Positions 1 to 10,200 of a DNA stretch of 64,000 bases are shown in pieces. Source of the stretch: an uncultured Acidobacteriota bacterium (GTDB lineage Bacteria; Acidobacteriota; Thermoanaerobaculia; UBA5066; Gp7-AA6); the NCBI GenBank assembly GCA_963837495.1, contig CAWINF010000001.1, positions 2,043,382 through 2,107,381 on the forward strand. Reading direction: 5' to 3'. A program made the position numbers and the translations under genes. Position 1 is the stretch's first letter; the number at the start of each line of letters is the position of its first letter. The notes under the pieces were generated by a model that had not been told where the DNA came from, did not search any database, and saw only the letters and a program-made list of their open reading frames with translations.

Positions 1-233
1 TTCTGGAAACCGAAAACGGCCGGCAGGTGCGCGAGAGCAAAGCGGGAGACAGCTACCTCTCCTCGAGCGACCCGCGGATTCACTTTGGCCTGGGGACCGC
101 CGTCCCCCGCCGCCTGGAGATCCACTGGCCCTCCGGCCTCGTCCAGGAAGTCCGCGACCTGAAACCCGCCCGCTACCAGACCATCGAGGAGCCGCCTTCT
201 TCTCCCTCGCCCGGCGGGAGAGGGTCGGGGTGA
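1..233 (+). CDS. ASPIC/UnbV-type (CRTAC1-like) protein, C-terminal end; 5' end lies outside the window
   Basis: Frame 3 is open from nt 3. The motif GDSYLSSSDPRIHFGLG...EIHWPSG is typical of the UnbV_ASPIC C-terminal domain. Confidence 0.7.
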   Translation, partial: LETENGRQVRESKAGDSYLSSSDPRIHFGLGTAVPRRLEIHWPSGLVQEVRDLKPARYQTIEEPPSSPSPGGRGSG

Positions 234-242
234 GGGGCTCGC

Positions 243-605
243 TCACCCGATGGACGCGCCCGGCGCTTCTTCGAGCAGCCGGTTGACCTTCGCGGCGAGG
301 ATGAAATCGTTCTCGTGAAGGCCGCCGATCTTGTGCGTCCAGAGCACGAGATCCACCTTGTTCCAGTGGATAGCGATGTCGGGATGATGCCCCTCCTCCT
401 CCGCGATCTCGGCGACCCGGTTGACGAATTCGATGGCCTTCTTGAAGTCCCCGAACTCGAAGCGGCGCGTGAGCCGCGCCCCGCTCTCCTCGAGTTTCCA
501 GCCCGGCGCGTTGGCAAGGAGCCGACGCGCTTCTTCTTCCGCCAGCGGCGGGATCCCTCCGCGGCACGGCACGCAATGCTTCGCGGCCAGGTTCTCCGGG
601 CTCAT
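243..605 (-). CDS. phhB: 4a-hydroxytetrahydrobiopterin (pterin-4-alpha-carbinolamine) dehydratase
   Basis: 120 aa; the core EEGHHPDI...W..V...L.TH and overall length match the PCD/DCoH family. Confidence 0.9.
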   Translation of the reverse strand: MSPENLAAKHCVPCRGGIPPLAEEEARRLLANAPGWKLEESGARLTRRFEFGDFKKAIEFVNRVAEIAEEEGHHPDIAIHWNKVDLVLWTHKIGGLHENDFILAAKVNRLLEEAPGASIG

Positions 606-632
606 GGCGGAATCCTATCGTGCGCGGCGCGT

Positions 633-661
633 TTGACCCGCGGCGCCTCATCCCGGATAAT
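633..661 (+). promoter_or_regulatory. sigma70-type promoter candidate for tRNA-Gln
   Basis: TTGACC (633-638), 17-nt spacer, GATAAT (656-661), about 20 nt upstream of the mature tRNA 5' end. Confidence 0.55.
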
Positions 662-680
662 GCGCGTTCCCTCGAACGAC

Positions 681-754
681 TGGGAGGTCGTTCAATGGTA
701 GGACAACTGGCTCTGGACCAGTGAATCGGGGTTCAAGTCCCTGCCTCCCAGCCA
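681..754 (+). tRNA. tRNA-Gln (anticodon CUG), CCA encoded
   Basis: Hand-folded cloverleaf. The 7-bp acceptor stem is TGGGAGG/CCTCCCA with a U1:A72 pair, the D stem is GTTC/GGAC, and the anticodon stem is ACTGG/CCAGT. The loop is CT-CTG-GA, the T arm is CGGGG-TTCAAGT-CCCTG, and the discriminator G is followed by CCA. Confidence 0.9.
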
Positions 755-844
755 ACACGTCGCGAGCGCTCCGCGAGGGGCCTGCGCCCTGCAGGCGCAC
801 CGGCTCGCGGCTCGGCCGGATGCGGCCTCGACCGCGAGCCTGGT

Positions 845-920
845 TCCTTGCTCCGCGCTCGCTCCCGCGGCGCGCGCCTGCTCGCTCGGTTACTTCGCAC
901 GACTACGCGCGCCGCGACCG
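845..920. repeat. GC-rich hairpin repeat, family C, copy 1
   Basis: The stem CGCGGCGCGCG (866-876) pairs with CGCGCGCCGCG (906-916). It shares GCTCCCGCGGCGCGCGC and ACTnCGCGCGCCGCGA blocks with 10565-10690. Confidence 0.5.
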
Positions 921-959
921 GGGCCAAGCACGACGGTGGCCGGCACGCCTCGCCAACGC

Positions 960-986
960 GAAATACACGAAGCGCACGGTCGACCC
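960..986 (+). repeat. 28-nt conserved motif, copy A (GAAATACACGAAGCGCACGGTCGACCC)
   Basis: One of four copies aligned by eye; the others are at 1881-1907, 12828-12855 and 14718-14744. Confidence 0.7.
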
Positions 987-1071
987 TTCGACGGCGAATC
1001 TCGGCGGCTCCAGCATTTGTAGTCTTACGGGTCTGACTCTATGATTTTCCGATAAGGTCTTGAGAGCGTGC

Positions 1072-1100
1072 TTGATGCGTGATAACTTGAGAGTTATCAT
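1072..1100 (+). promoter_or_regulatory. higBA promoter candidate with overlapping palindromic operator
   Basis: TTGATG (1072-1077), 17-nt spacer, TATCAT (1095-1100). The perfect 8-bp inverted repeat TGATAACT-TGAG-AGTTATCA (1080-1099) overlaps the spacer and -10 box. A GGAGG-like SD lies at 1112-1119. Confidence 0.55.
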
Positions 1101-1120
1101 CACGAGGGTCTGGAGGAGAG

Positions 1121-1489
1121 ATGGCATCCGGCCGGTGGATCATCGATGCGTTCAGGACGGAGCAGGGCGAGGCCCTTGTGCAGGCCTTCATCGCCTCTCT
1201 CACCGGCCGTGATCGAGACGAGGCATTCGCCCTCGTCAAGCTCCTCGAGGAGCAGGGCAACGAGCTGAGAAGGCCGCAGTCGGGCATCTTGCGGGAGGGG
1301 CTTTTCGAGCTACGAGGCAAGCAGATACGGATCTTCTACATGTTTCTCCCCGGACGGCGCGCCATGCTCCTCGACGGGGAGATCAAGAAGCGACAAGACA
1401 TCCCGCCGAAGACCTTGAAACGCGTCAGGGGATACAGGGACAGGGTTCTTCGCCGTGAGGCGAACGCCCGGAAAGGAAAGAAATCATGA
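1121..1489 (+). CDS. higB: type II toxin, RelE/ParE superfamily (HigB / phage Gp49-like)
   Basis: 122 aa. The toxin gene comes first, followed by an HTH antitoxin with a 4-nt ATGA overlap. The core is Gp49-like: LRGKQIRIFYMF...LLDGEIKK. Confidence 0.8.
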   Translation: MASGRWIIDAFRTEQGEALVQAFIASLTGRDRDEAFALVKLLEEQGNELRRPQSGILREGLFELRGKQIRIFYMFLPGRRAMLLDGEIKKRQDIPPKTLKRVRGYRDRVLRREANARKGKKS

Positions 1490-1827
1490 GCGTGAAGAAG
1501 ACGGCTTTCATGCGGTGGATCGACGGCGAGCTCAGGTCCGACAAGGCCTTTGCCCGTCGGGTCGATGAGCTCGTCAACGAGATGAAGATCGAGCAAGAGC
1601 TCGTGGCTCTGAGGGAGAGAAGGGGGATTTCCCAGCGCGCGGCCGCCAAGCTCATCGGTGCCAGCCAGCCCTTTGTGGCGAAGCTCGAGTCAGGCAGGGT
1701 GAAGAATCTCGGCGTCAAGACGCTCGTCAAGTACGCCACCGCCCTCGGGGGCAAGCTAACTCTCAGGATCGACTTGGCTCGCACGGGCTCCAAGCCCAGC
1801 CGCCGTACCTTGCGCAGAGCCAGCTGA
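1486..1827 (+). CDS. higA: XRE-family HTH antitoxin (HigA-like)
   Basis: 113 aa. The HTH is GISQRAAAKLIGASQPFVAKLESG. It is translationally coupled to higB. Confidence 0.8.
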   Translation: MSVKKTAFMRWIDGELRSDKAFARRVDELVNEMKIEQELVALRERRGISQRAAAKLIGASQPFVAKLESGRVKNLGVKTLVKYATALGGKLTLRIDLARTGSKPSRRTLRRAS

Positions 1828-1880
1828 TCTGCATCCACGATTCGACTTGACCCGGCGAGGCAGACAGTCCCTTGCCGCGC

Positions 1881-1907
1881 TAAATACATGAATACACGAT
1901 CGACCCC
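1881..1907 (+). repeat. 28-nt conserved motif, copy B (TAAATACATGAATACACGATCGACCCC)
   Basis: Same orientation as copy A. It lies 54 nt after the higA stop and 12 nt from the truncated end of the FabH-like remnant. Confidence 0.7.
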
Positions 1908-1918
1908 ATCGCCTCCCG

Positions 1919-2505
1919 TCAGTAGGCGTCGCCGATGGTGGGGTAGTCGAGCCAGGTATTGCCCGCCCGGGGCCTGTCCTTGTCCACGATCCCGCTGTAC
2001 ATGCACACCGGCCGCTCATGCGCATGGGACACGAGCTCGATCCATTCCACGCGCAGCGACAATCCCTCCCGAAGGGGTTTGTTCTCGAGCACGACGGCGC
2101 CGGCGCCGTCCGAGAGCATCCATCGCAGGAAGTCGGCGTCGAACGCGCGGAAGCCGTCGGCGCCCTCCTCCAGCGTGCCTTTCTCCTCGAATTTCGCCGC
2201 CCGGAACGTTCTCGACACCATCTCGCTGCCGCACGCGACGGCATTTCGGCGTTGCCCGGATCCAACGGCGCGAAACGCCGTCAGCAGCGCGGCCATCCCG
2301 GAGCAGCAGACTCCGGACGTCGAGACGATCTCCAACGCGGTGCCGCCGAGACGGCCATGGACCATGGATGAAAATCCCGGCACGGGCACGTCGCCCTGGG
2401 TCGTGCCACAGGCCAGCATCTCGAGCTCGTCGGGACGAAGCTTTCGCCGGAGCAGGGCCTGCTGCCGGCGAGAGGCCGAGCCGGAATCTCGCGGCGCGTT
2501 TCCTG
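1919..2505 (-). pseudogene. KAS III-type (FabH / StlD-DarB-like) beta-ketoacyl synthase remnant lacking both termini
   Basis: The active-site region GVCCSGMAAL and ...LRRKLRPDELEMLACGTT... match the middle of FabH-like enzymes. Only about 190 codons remain, where such enzymes are expected to be well over 300 aa. Confidence 0.6.
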
Positions 2506-2507
2506 GC

Positions 2508-2649
2508 TTACTGCTTGTCGAAGATGACCGTGCTGGCTACGGCTTCGCCCTTGGCACTCTTGCCGGTTTGGTGGACGGTCAGGCTCTTGCCGTCCTTCGA
2601 CACGACAACGTGAGAAGTCATTGTGGGCTTGCCGTCTTTTTTCCAGGGG
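2508..2649 (-). pseudogene. 3'-terminal remnant of an unidentified gene, cut by the IS3 left end
   Basis: The frame reads out of the IS boundary: ...HPWKKDGKPTMTSHVVVSKDGKSLTVHQTGKSAKGEAVASTVIFDKQ*. The upstream codons of the track ORF are IS terminal sequence. Confidence 0.4.
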
Positions 2650-2703
2650 TGGAGTTGACCCGGTTTCGTGGACAGATTCAGACTTGGGGGGAAGGAGTTC
2701 ACG

Positions 2704-3018
2704 ATGCCGAGGAGTCATGCGCCATATCCGGAGGAGTTTCGGCGGCGGATGGTCGAGCTGGTGCGGTCAGGGCGGACGCCGGAGGAGCTGGCAAAGAAGT
2801 TTGAGCCGTCCGCGCAGGCGATCCGCAACTGGGTGTGCCAGAGCGATCTGGACGAGGGTCGACGCAGCGACGGGCTGACGAGCGCGGAGAAGGAGGAGCT
2901 CGGGCAGCTGCGCCGTGAGAATCGGCGGCTGAAGCTGGAGCAGGAGATTCTGGCAAAAGCCGCGGCCTGGTTTGCTCGGGAGACCGGCTCGGTGCCCGAG
3001 AAGTCTTCGGGTTCGTGA
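2704..3018 (+). CDS. IS3-family transposase OrfA (HTH plus leucine zipper)
   Basis: An ATG follows the AAGGAG SD. The sequence is ...ELAKKFEPSAQAIRNWV...LRRENRRLKLEQEILAKAAAWFA. A candidate slippery run GCAAAAG lies at 2953-2959. Confidence 0.85.
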   Translation: MPRSHAPYPEEFRRRMVELVRSGRTPEELAKKFEPSAQAIRNWVCQSDLDEGRRSDGLTSAEKEELGQLRRENRRLKLEQEILAKAAAWFARETGSVPEKSSGS

Positions 3019-3881
3019 AGGGCAACCAGGCCGAGTACGAGATATCGATGATGTGCCAGGTGCTGGGAGTCTCCCCCAGCGGGTACTACGCATGGGCGCA
3101 GAGGCCGCCATCGGCGCGCAGCCTTGCCGATGCGGCGTTGACGGAGAGGATCCATCAGATTCACGCGGACTCCCGAGGAACCTATGGGGTTCCGCGAGTC
3201 CATTTCGAGCTCGGGGTGGAAGGAGTCCGAGTCGGCCGCAAGCGAGTGGCTCGTCTGATGAAGGCGGCCGGACTTCAGGGAGTGAGCCGTCGCAAGGGTT
3301 TTCGTACGACGGTACGCTGTCCGGAGGGGTGCCCGGCCCCGGACCTAGTCGAGCGCGACTTCACGGCGCCCGGACCCGACCGGCTGTGGGTGGCCGACAT
3401 CACCTACATCGCGACCTGGGCGGGGTTCCTGTTTCTCTCGGTTGTTCTGGATGCCTGGAGCCGCAAGGTCGTGGGCTGGGCGATGGCGACGCATCTGAGG
3501 ACCGAGCTCGTGCTCGATGCCCTCAACATGGCTCTCTGGCAGCGGCGGCCGAGAGAGGTCGTGCATCACTCGGACCATGGAACGCAGTACACGTCCATCG
3601 CCTTCGGAAAGCGATGCCGGGAGGCCGGCGTACGTCCCTCGATGGGTTCCATCGGAGACTGCTACGACAATGCTCTGTGCGAGAGCTTCTTCGCGACGCT
3701 CGAGTGCGAGTTGCTTGACCGGCGCAAGTTCAAGACTCAAGCCGAAGCCCGCATGGCCGTCTTCGAGTTCATCGAAGGCTTCTACAATCCGCGGCGCCGG
3801 CATTCGTCCCTGGGTTACCTCTCACCGACCAATTACGAAAGGAGGATGGAAGCGACCACCGGAGGAGCCAACCTATGCTGA
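3015..3881 (+). CDS. IS3-family transposase OrfB (DDE / rve integrase core), probably made as an OrfAB fusion by -1 frameshifting
   Basis: Contains WVADITY, HSDHGTQYTS and a DNALCESFF...E motif. The -1 frame is open back to about nt 2958. Confidence 0.85.
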   Translation: MKGNQAEYEISMMCQVLGVSPSGYYAWAQRPPSARSLADAALTERIHQIHADSRGTYGVPRVHFELGVEGVRVGRKRVARLMKAAGLQGVSRRKGFRTTVRCPEGCPAPDLVERDFTAPGPDRLWVADITYIATWAGFLFLSVVLDAWSRKVVGWAMATHLRTELVLDALNMALWQRRPREVVHHSDHGTQYTSIAFGKRCREAGVRPSMGSIGDCYDNALCESFFATLECELLDRRKFKTQAEARMAVFEFIEGFYNPRRRHSSLGYLSPTNYERRMEATTGGANLC

Positions 3882-3985
3882 GGGAGGGCGGGGCTCTGCC
3901 CCGCACCCCGCGGCGGGCCTTTGGCCCCCTCGACCCCCTCTACGATCCCAAGCCGTAGAGTGTCCACCGAAACGGGGCAGCTCCA

Positions 3986-6272
3986 GGGTCTTTCCGCCGC
4001 CCATGAGAAGGGCGTGGTCCACCGGGACTTGAAGCCCGAGAACCTCTTCGTCACCAAAGACGGCCACTTGAAGATCCTGGACTTCGGGCTGGCGAAAAAG
4101 GTTGAGGCGGTCACCGCGGAGGAGCAGACGAGCGCGGAGACGGGCTCGGGCCGCACGAAGCCGGGGACGGTGATGGGGACGATGGGCTACATGTCGCCCG
4201 AGCAGGTGCGGGGACTGCCAGTGGATCATCGCTCGGATCTCTTCTCGTTCGGAGCCATCCTGTACGAGATGCTCTCGGGCAGGAGGGCGTTCAAGCGGGA
4301 CACGGCGAGCGACACGATCGCGGCGATCCTGAAGGAGGAACCGCCGGAGCTGACGGAGTCGGGACGGAACGTCTCGCCGGCCCTGGACCACATCGTCAAG
4401 CACTGCCTGGAAAAGGATCGGAACAACCGATTCCAGACGGCCAAGGATGTGGCCTTCGCGCTCTCCGAGGCGTCGGCTCCGACGACGACGAGCGGAGTAC
4501 AGCTCGCGGCGCCTCCCGCCAGCAGGAACAAGGTTTTCGTCGCCGTTGCCGCTATCGTCGTTCTTGCCGTGGCGGGTGTCCTTCTTCTGCGGCGGCCGCA
4601 CCGGGGCATGGGCGAGGCGGGTGGCGTCAAGCGGATGGCCGTGTTGCCGTTCGAGAACCTGGGGGCTCCGGAGGACGGTTACTTCGCTGACGGGATCTCG
4701 GACGAGATTCGAGGCAAGCTGACATCCTTGCCGGGACTTCAGGTCATCGCGCGGGCCAGCTCGACGCCCTACAAGAAGACGACCAAGACGCCAAAGCAGA
4801 TCGCCGAGGAGCTGAACGTCTCGTACCTGCTCACGGCCACGGTGCGTTGGGAGAAGAGCGGCGGTACCAGCCGCGTCCATGTGAGTCCCGAGCTCGTGGA
4901 CGTCACGCGCCCGGATGCGCCCACATCCAAGTGGCAGCAGCCGTTTGACGCGGCGATCACGGATGTGTTCCAGGTGCAGTCGGACATCGCGACGAAGGTG
5001 GCGCAGGCGCTGGGCGGCGCGCTCGCGGCGGGCGAGCAGAAGCGGCTTTCCGAAAAGCCCACGGAGAGCCTCGCCGCCTACGACGCCTTCCTGAAGGGAG
5101 AGGCGGCGTCGAACAGCCTGGGAGCCAACGATCCGCCCAGTCTGCGGAAGGCGCTTGCTTTCTACGATCAGGCCGTGACGCTGGATCCCGGCTTCGCTCT
5201 GGCGTGGGCCAGAGTCTCGTACGCCAATTCGCTCCTATATGCCAATAGCGCTCCGACGCCCGCGTTCGCGGAGCGTGCCCGGCAGGCGGCGGAAAAGGCC
5301 GGCGTGCTCGCGCCAGGCCGCCCGGAGGGGTACCTGGCCCTCGGTACCTACCAACGGGTGGTTTCCCGTGACTACCACCGCGCCCTGGAGCAGTACGAGA
5401 AGGGGCTGCGCGTCGCGCCAGGCGATGCCTCGCTTCTGAGGGTAACGGCACTTGCCGAGCAAGGCCTCGGGCGCTGGGACGCGACGGTGGCGCACTTACG
5501 GCAGGCGGAGCGCCTGGACCCACGGTCGGTTGGCATCCTCTCGAATCTCGGAGGCACACTCGTTCGTCTGCGGCGCTACTCGGAGGCGCGGGAGGCTCTC
5601 GACCGAGGTCTCGCCATCGCGCCCGGGAACCTCAGCACGATCGAGTGGAAGGTCATGGCGTTTCTGGCGGAGGGAGACCTCCCCGGCGCCCGGGCCGCGC
5701 TCAAGGCCACGGCCGGGCAGGTCGAGCCCACGGCGCTCGCGGCCTACGTGGCGAACTACCAGGATCTAGTCTGGATCCTCGACGAGGAGCAGCGGGATCT
5801 TCTGCTGCGGCTGACGCCGAGCGCGTTCGACGACGACGCGGGCAGCTGGGCCATGTGCCTCGCTCAGGCCTATGCGTTGAAGGGCGACGCCTCCAACGTG
5901 CGCAGCCACGCCGAGGGGGCCAGGAAGGCTTACGAAGAGCAGCTTCGGGCAGCGCCCAATGATCCGGGACGCCGCGTCGGTCTCGGGCTCGCGCTGGCGT
6001 ACCTGGGTCGGAAGGAAGAGGCGATTCGGGAAGGCGAGCGCGGCGTCGCCCTCGATCCGGTGTCGAAGGATGCGCTGAACGGCTCCTACTACCAGCACCA
6101 ACTCGCGCGGATCTACATGCTCGTCGGCGAGCCGGAGAAGGCGCTCGACCAGCTCGAGCCGCTGCTGAAGATCCCCTACTTCCTCTCGCCCGGCTGGCTC
6201 AAGATCGACCCCAACTTCGACCCCCTGCGCAAGAACCCGCGATTCCAGAAGCTCGTCGCCCAAGCGAAATAA
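3986..6272 (+). pseudogene. Ser/Thr protein kinase with TM, TolB-like and TPR regions, 5'-truncated by the IS3
   Basis: Native sequence begins at GLSAAHEKGVVHRDLKPEN (catalytic loop), so the Gly-loop/VAIK N-lobe is absent. It retains DFG, a TM segment VFVAVAAIVVLAVAGVLLL and C-terminal TPRs. The track ORF start at 3921 lies inside the IS right end. Confidence 0.75.
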
Positions 6273-6389
6273 TTCCGCGCCAGTCGGATCAGCGAGACCC
6301 CCCCGTTTTCTAACCGCCGATACCCCTGTAAGCTGCAGCCCTCCGCGAACCGGGGCTGGGTTCGAAAGGCGTCCACGATGGCCTGCTGA

Positions 6390-6689
<300 letters not shown>

Positions 6690-6692
6690 CCC

Positions 6693-7079
6693 TTGCGGCT
6701 GCTCCTCGACACCTGTACTTTCCTTTGGGTCGTGGGGGGAGCGCCGGAGCTTTCCTCGCGGGCTCGTCAGGTGTTCGCCGATCCCGCAAGCGAGGTCTAC
6801 TTGAGCGCGGCTTCAGCCTGGGAGATCGCCGTCAAGCATCGACTCGGGCGCTTGCCGCTGCCCGAGGCACCCGACCGCTTCGTTCCTCGAGCCCGCGACG
6901 CTCACGGCATCACCCCGCTCGACATCGATGAGGCGGCCGCGCTCCACGCCGGCCGGCTCCCCGATCTTCACCGCGATCCGTTCGACCGAATCCTCGTCGC
7001 GCAGGCCCTTCTCGGCGGGCTGGTCCTCCTCACCCCGGATGAGGCGCTGCGACAGTACCCTGCCCCCACTCTCTGGTAA
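6693..7079 (+). CDS. vapC: PIN-domain toxin VapC
   Basis: 128 aa with a TTG start 3 nt after the antitoxin stop. Contains LLLDTCTFLW..., SAASAWEIAVK and DPFDRILVAQA motifs. Confidence 0.8.
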   Translation: MRLLLDTCTFLWVVGGAPELSSRARQVFADPASEVYLSAASAWEIAVKHRLGRLPLPEAPDRFVPRARDAHGITPLDIDEAAALHAGRLPDLHRDPFDRILVAQALLGGLVLLTPDEALRQYPAPTLW

Positions 7080-7231
7080 CCGTAGCCCCCGCCAAAAACC
7101 ATTATGGAGAGGCTGCTTTCGCCTTCACTCATTGTTACGCCCCGGAAGCTCGCTCACCCCGCTTCCTCCGCATCGAGCAAAGGTCGCCATACAATTCCCG
7201 CGATTTCCACCGTCTTTCCAGGAGGAGCGAT

Positions 7232-10200
7232 ATGAAGAGAGCCGTCGCCTTCGCCTTCGTGCTGGTGCTTGCGTCCTCCGCCGCCGGCGCGGCCCCCGAG
7301 GAGAAGAAGGGGGAGCGGCCCGCGAAAGAGGGAAAGGTCGCCGAGAAGCCGGAGAAGCCGAAGGAGCTCTTCTCCGCCGAGACTTTCTCCGGCCTCGAGC
7401 TGCGAGGGCTCGGGCCGGCGGTCACGTCGGGGCGCGTCACGGACTTCGCCGTCCTGGGGCGGGGCGACACCCTCTACGTCGCGGCGGCGTCCGGGGGCGT
7501 CTGGAAAACCACCAACCACGGCACGAGCTTCAGGCCGATCTTCGACGAGCAGGGCTCCTACTCGATCGGCTGCGTCGCGGTCGATCCGAAGGACCCGCTC
7601 GTCGTCTGGGTCGGGACCGGGGAGAACAACAGCCAGCGCTCGGTGTCGTACGGCGACGGGGTCTACCGGTCCAACGACGGCGGGAAGACCTGGGAGAACG
7701 TCGGCCTGAAGAATTCCGAGCACATCGGCCGGATCGTCATCGACCCGCGCGACTCGCGCAAGGTCTTCGTGGCCGCGCAGGGTCCGCTCTGGGCCGACGG
7801 CGGGGACCGCGGCCTCTACAGGACGACCGACGGCGGCAAGACCTGGAAGCGCGTCCTCCACGTCTCCGAGCACACGGGCGTCAACGAGGTGTGGATCGAC
7901 CCGCGCAATCCCGACGCGATGTACGCGTCGAGCTACCAGCGGCGCCGGCACGTCTTCACGCTGATCGACGGCGGCCCGGAGTCGGCGATCTATAAGTCCG
8001 TGGATGGCGGCGAGAGCTGGAAGAAGCTCGAGAAGGGCTTGCCGAAGTCGGACAAGGGGCGCATCGGGCTCGCCGTGTCGCCGGCGGACCCCGACACCGT
8101 CTATGCCGTCCTCGAGGCGTCGGCCAAGAAGGACAAGGGCTTCTACCGCTCGACGGACGGCGGCGGGAGCTGGGAGCGGATGGGGGACCAGGTCTCGACT
8201 TCGCCGCAGTACTACAACGAGCTCGTCCCCGACCCGAAGAACAAGGACCGCGTCTACGCGATGGACACCTGGATGATGGTGACCGAGGACGGCGGGAAGA
8301 CGTGGAAGAAGGTTGGGGAGAAGTTCAAGCACGTGGACAACCACGCGCTCTGGATCGACCCGGAGAACACGGACCACCTGATCGCGGGGTGTGACGGCGG
8401 CGTCTACGAGTCGTGGGACCGCGCGGCGACCTGGGCGTTCACCGCGAACCTGCCGATCACGCAGTTCTACCGCGTCGCGGTGGACAACGACGCGCCCGCG
8501 TACAACGTCTGCGGCGGGACGCAGGACAACTTCACGCTCTGCGGCCCGTCGCGCACGCTGACGACGCACGGCATCCGCAACTCCGACTGGTACGTGGCGA
8601 CGGGCGGCGACGGCTTCCAGCCGCGCATCGACCCGACGGACGCCAACGTCATATACGCCGAGTCGCAGCACGGCGTCCTAGTCCGCTACGACCGGAAGAC
8701 GGGGGAGCAAGTCGGCATCCAGCCGCAGTCGCTCGCCGGCGAGGCGCCGCTGCGCTGGAATTGGGATTCGCCGCTGATCATCAGCCCGTTCTCGCACTCG
8801 CGTCTCTACTTCGCGGCGCAGCGCGTCTTCCGGAGCGACGACCGCGGCGATTCGTGGACACCAATCTCGGACGACCTCACTGCCCAGCTCGACCGGAACA
8901 AGCTTCCCGTGATGGGGCGCGTCTGGAGCGTGGACGCCGTCGCGAAGAACGCCTCGACCAGCTTCTACGGAAACATCGTTTCGCTCGCCGAGTCGCCGAA
9001 GAAGGAGGGGCTCCTCTTCGCCGGCACCGACGACGGCCTCGTGCAGGCGACCGAGGACGGCGGCCGCTCCTGGCGGAAGACCGCGAGCTTCCCCGGCGTG
9101 CCCGCGCAGACGTACGTCTCGTATCTCTTCCCGTCCTGGTTCGATCCGAACGTCGTCTTCGCGGCGTTCGACGACCATAAGCGCGGCGACTTCGCGCCGT
9201 TGCTCCTCCGGAGCGACAACCGGGGCGCGACGTGGACCTCGATCGCCGGCGACCTGCCCAGGCGCGGGAGTGTCTACGCGATCGTCCAGGACTTCGAAAA
9301 GCCCGACCTCCTCTTCGCCGGAACGGAGTTCGGCCTCTTCTTCACGCTTGACGGCGGCAAGAAGTGGATCCAGCTCAAGGGCGGCCTGCCGCCAATCGCG
9401 GTGCGCGATCTCGCGATCCAGCGGCGCGCGAACGATCTGGTGCTCGCCACCTTCGGGCGCGGGTTCTACGTTCTCGAGGACTACTCGGCGCTGCGGCGCG
9501 TCTCGAGGGAGTCGCTCGAGAAGGGAGCCGACCTCTTCCCGGTGAAATCCGCGGAGTACTACGTGCCCGCGGAACCATTGGGACTCAAAGACAAGTCCTT
9601 CCAGGGCGAGGCGTTCTACGAGGCCGGCAACCCCCTGTTCGGCGCGGCCGTGACCTACTACCTCAAGGACGAGATCAGGAGCCGCCGCGCCGCGCGCCAG
9701 GAGGAGGAGAAGCGGACAGTCGAGCGCGGTCACGAGGTCTCCTATCCGAGCTGGGAGGAGCTGAAGTCCGAGGCGCGGGAGGAAGAACCCGCCGTCATCC
9801 TGACCGTGAACGACGAGAGCGGGAACGTCGTCCGACGCTTCGCGGGTCCGGTGAAGGCGGGTTTCCACCGCGTCGCGTGGGACCTTCGCTACCCGGCCCC
9901 GAACCCGACCGACCCGAAGCCTCCGAAAGACGAGGACCCGTTCGCGGACAAGAAAGAGGGACCCCTCGTGGTCCCCGGGACCTACCGCGTGACGATGGCG
10001 AAGCGAGTGGACGGCGTCGAGACGCCGCTGTCCGAGGCGCAGGCGTTTACCGTGCAGCCCGTCGGGAGCGGAGGCCTCGGGAAGGAACAGCGCGCCGAGC
10101 TGCTCGCGTTCCAGCGCAAGACGGCGAGCCTCCAGCGCGCGGTCCTCGGGTCCGAAAAGCTCGTGAAGGAGACGCTCGAAAGAATCTCCGTCCTGAAGAA

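Larger units (their letters stand above)
2650..3985 (+). mobile_element. IS3-family insertion sequence (1336 bp)
   Basis: The imperfect terminal inverted repeats are TGGAGTTGACCCGGTTTCGTGGACA (2650-2674) and TGTCCACCGAAACGGGGCAGCTCCA (3961-3985). orfA and orfB are in a -1 frame relationship. GGG lies on both flanks. Confidence 0.85.

Noticed and set aside
960-1907. The 28-nt motif as integron attC sites (TA cassettes are common in integrons).
   Set aside because: I found no RYYYAAC or GTTRRRY core sites, no internal imperfect palindrome of attC type, and no intI gene.
2647-3988. GGG on both sides of the IS3 as a genuine 3-bp target-site duplication.
   Set aside because: The two flanks belong to different genes in opposite orientations, so GGG is most likely a coincidence in GC-rich DNA.
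6340-6376. tRNA-like T-arm (GGGTTCGAA) as a possible attR remnant of the islet.
   Set aside because: No flanking stem complementarity and no similarity to the tRNA-Gln 3' half.
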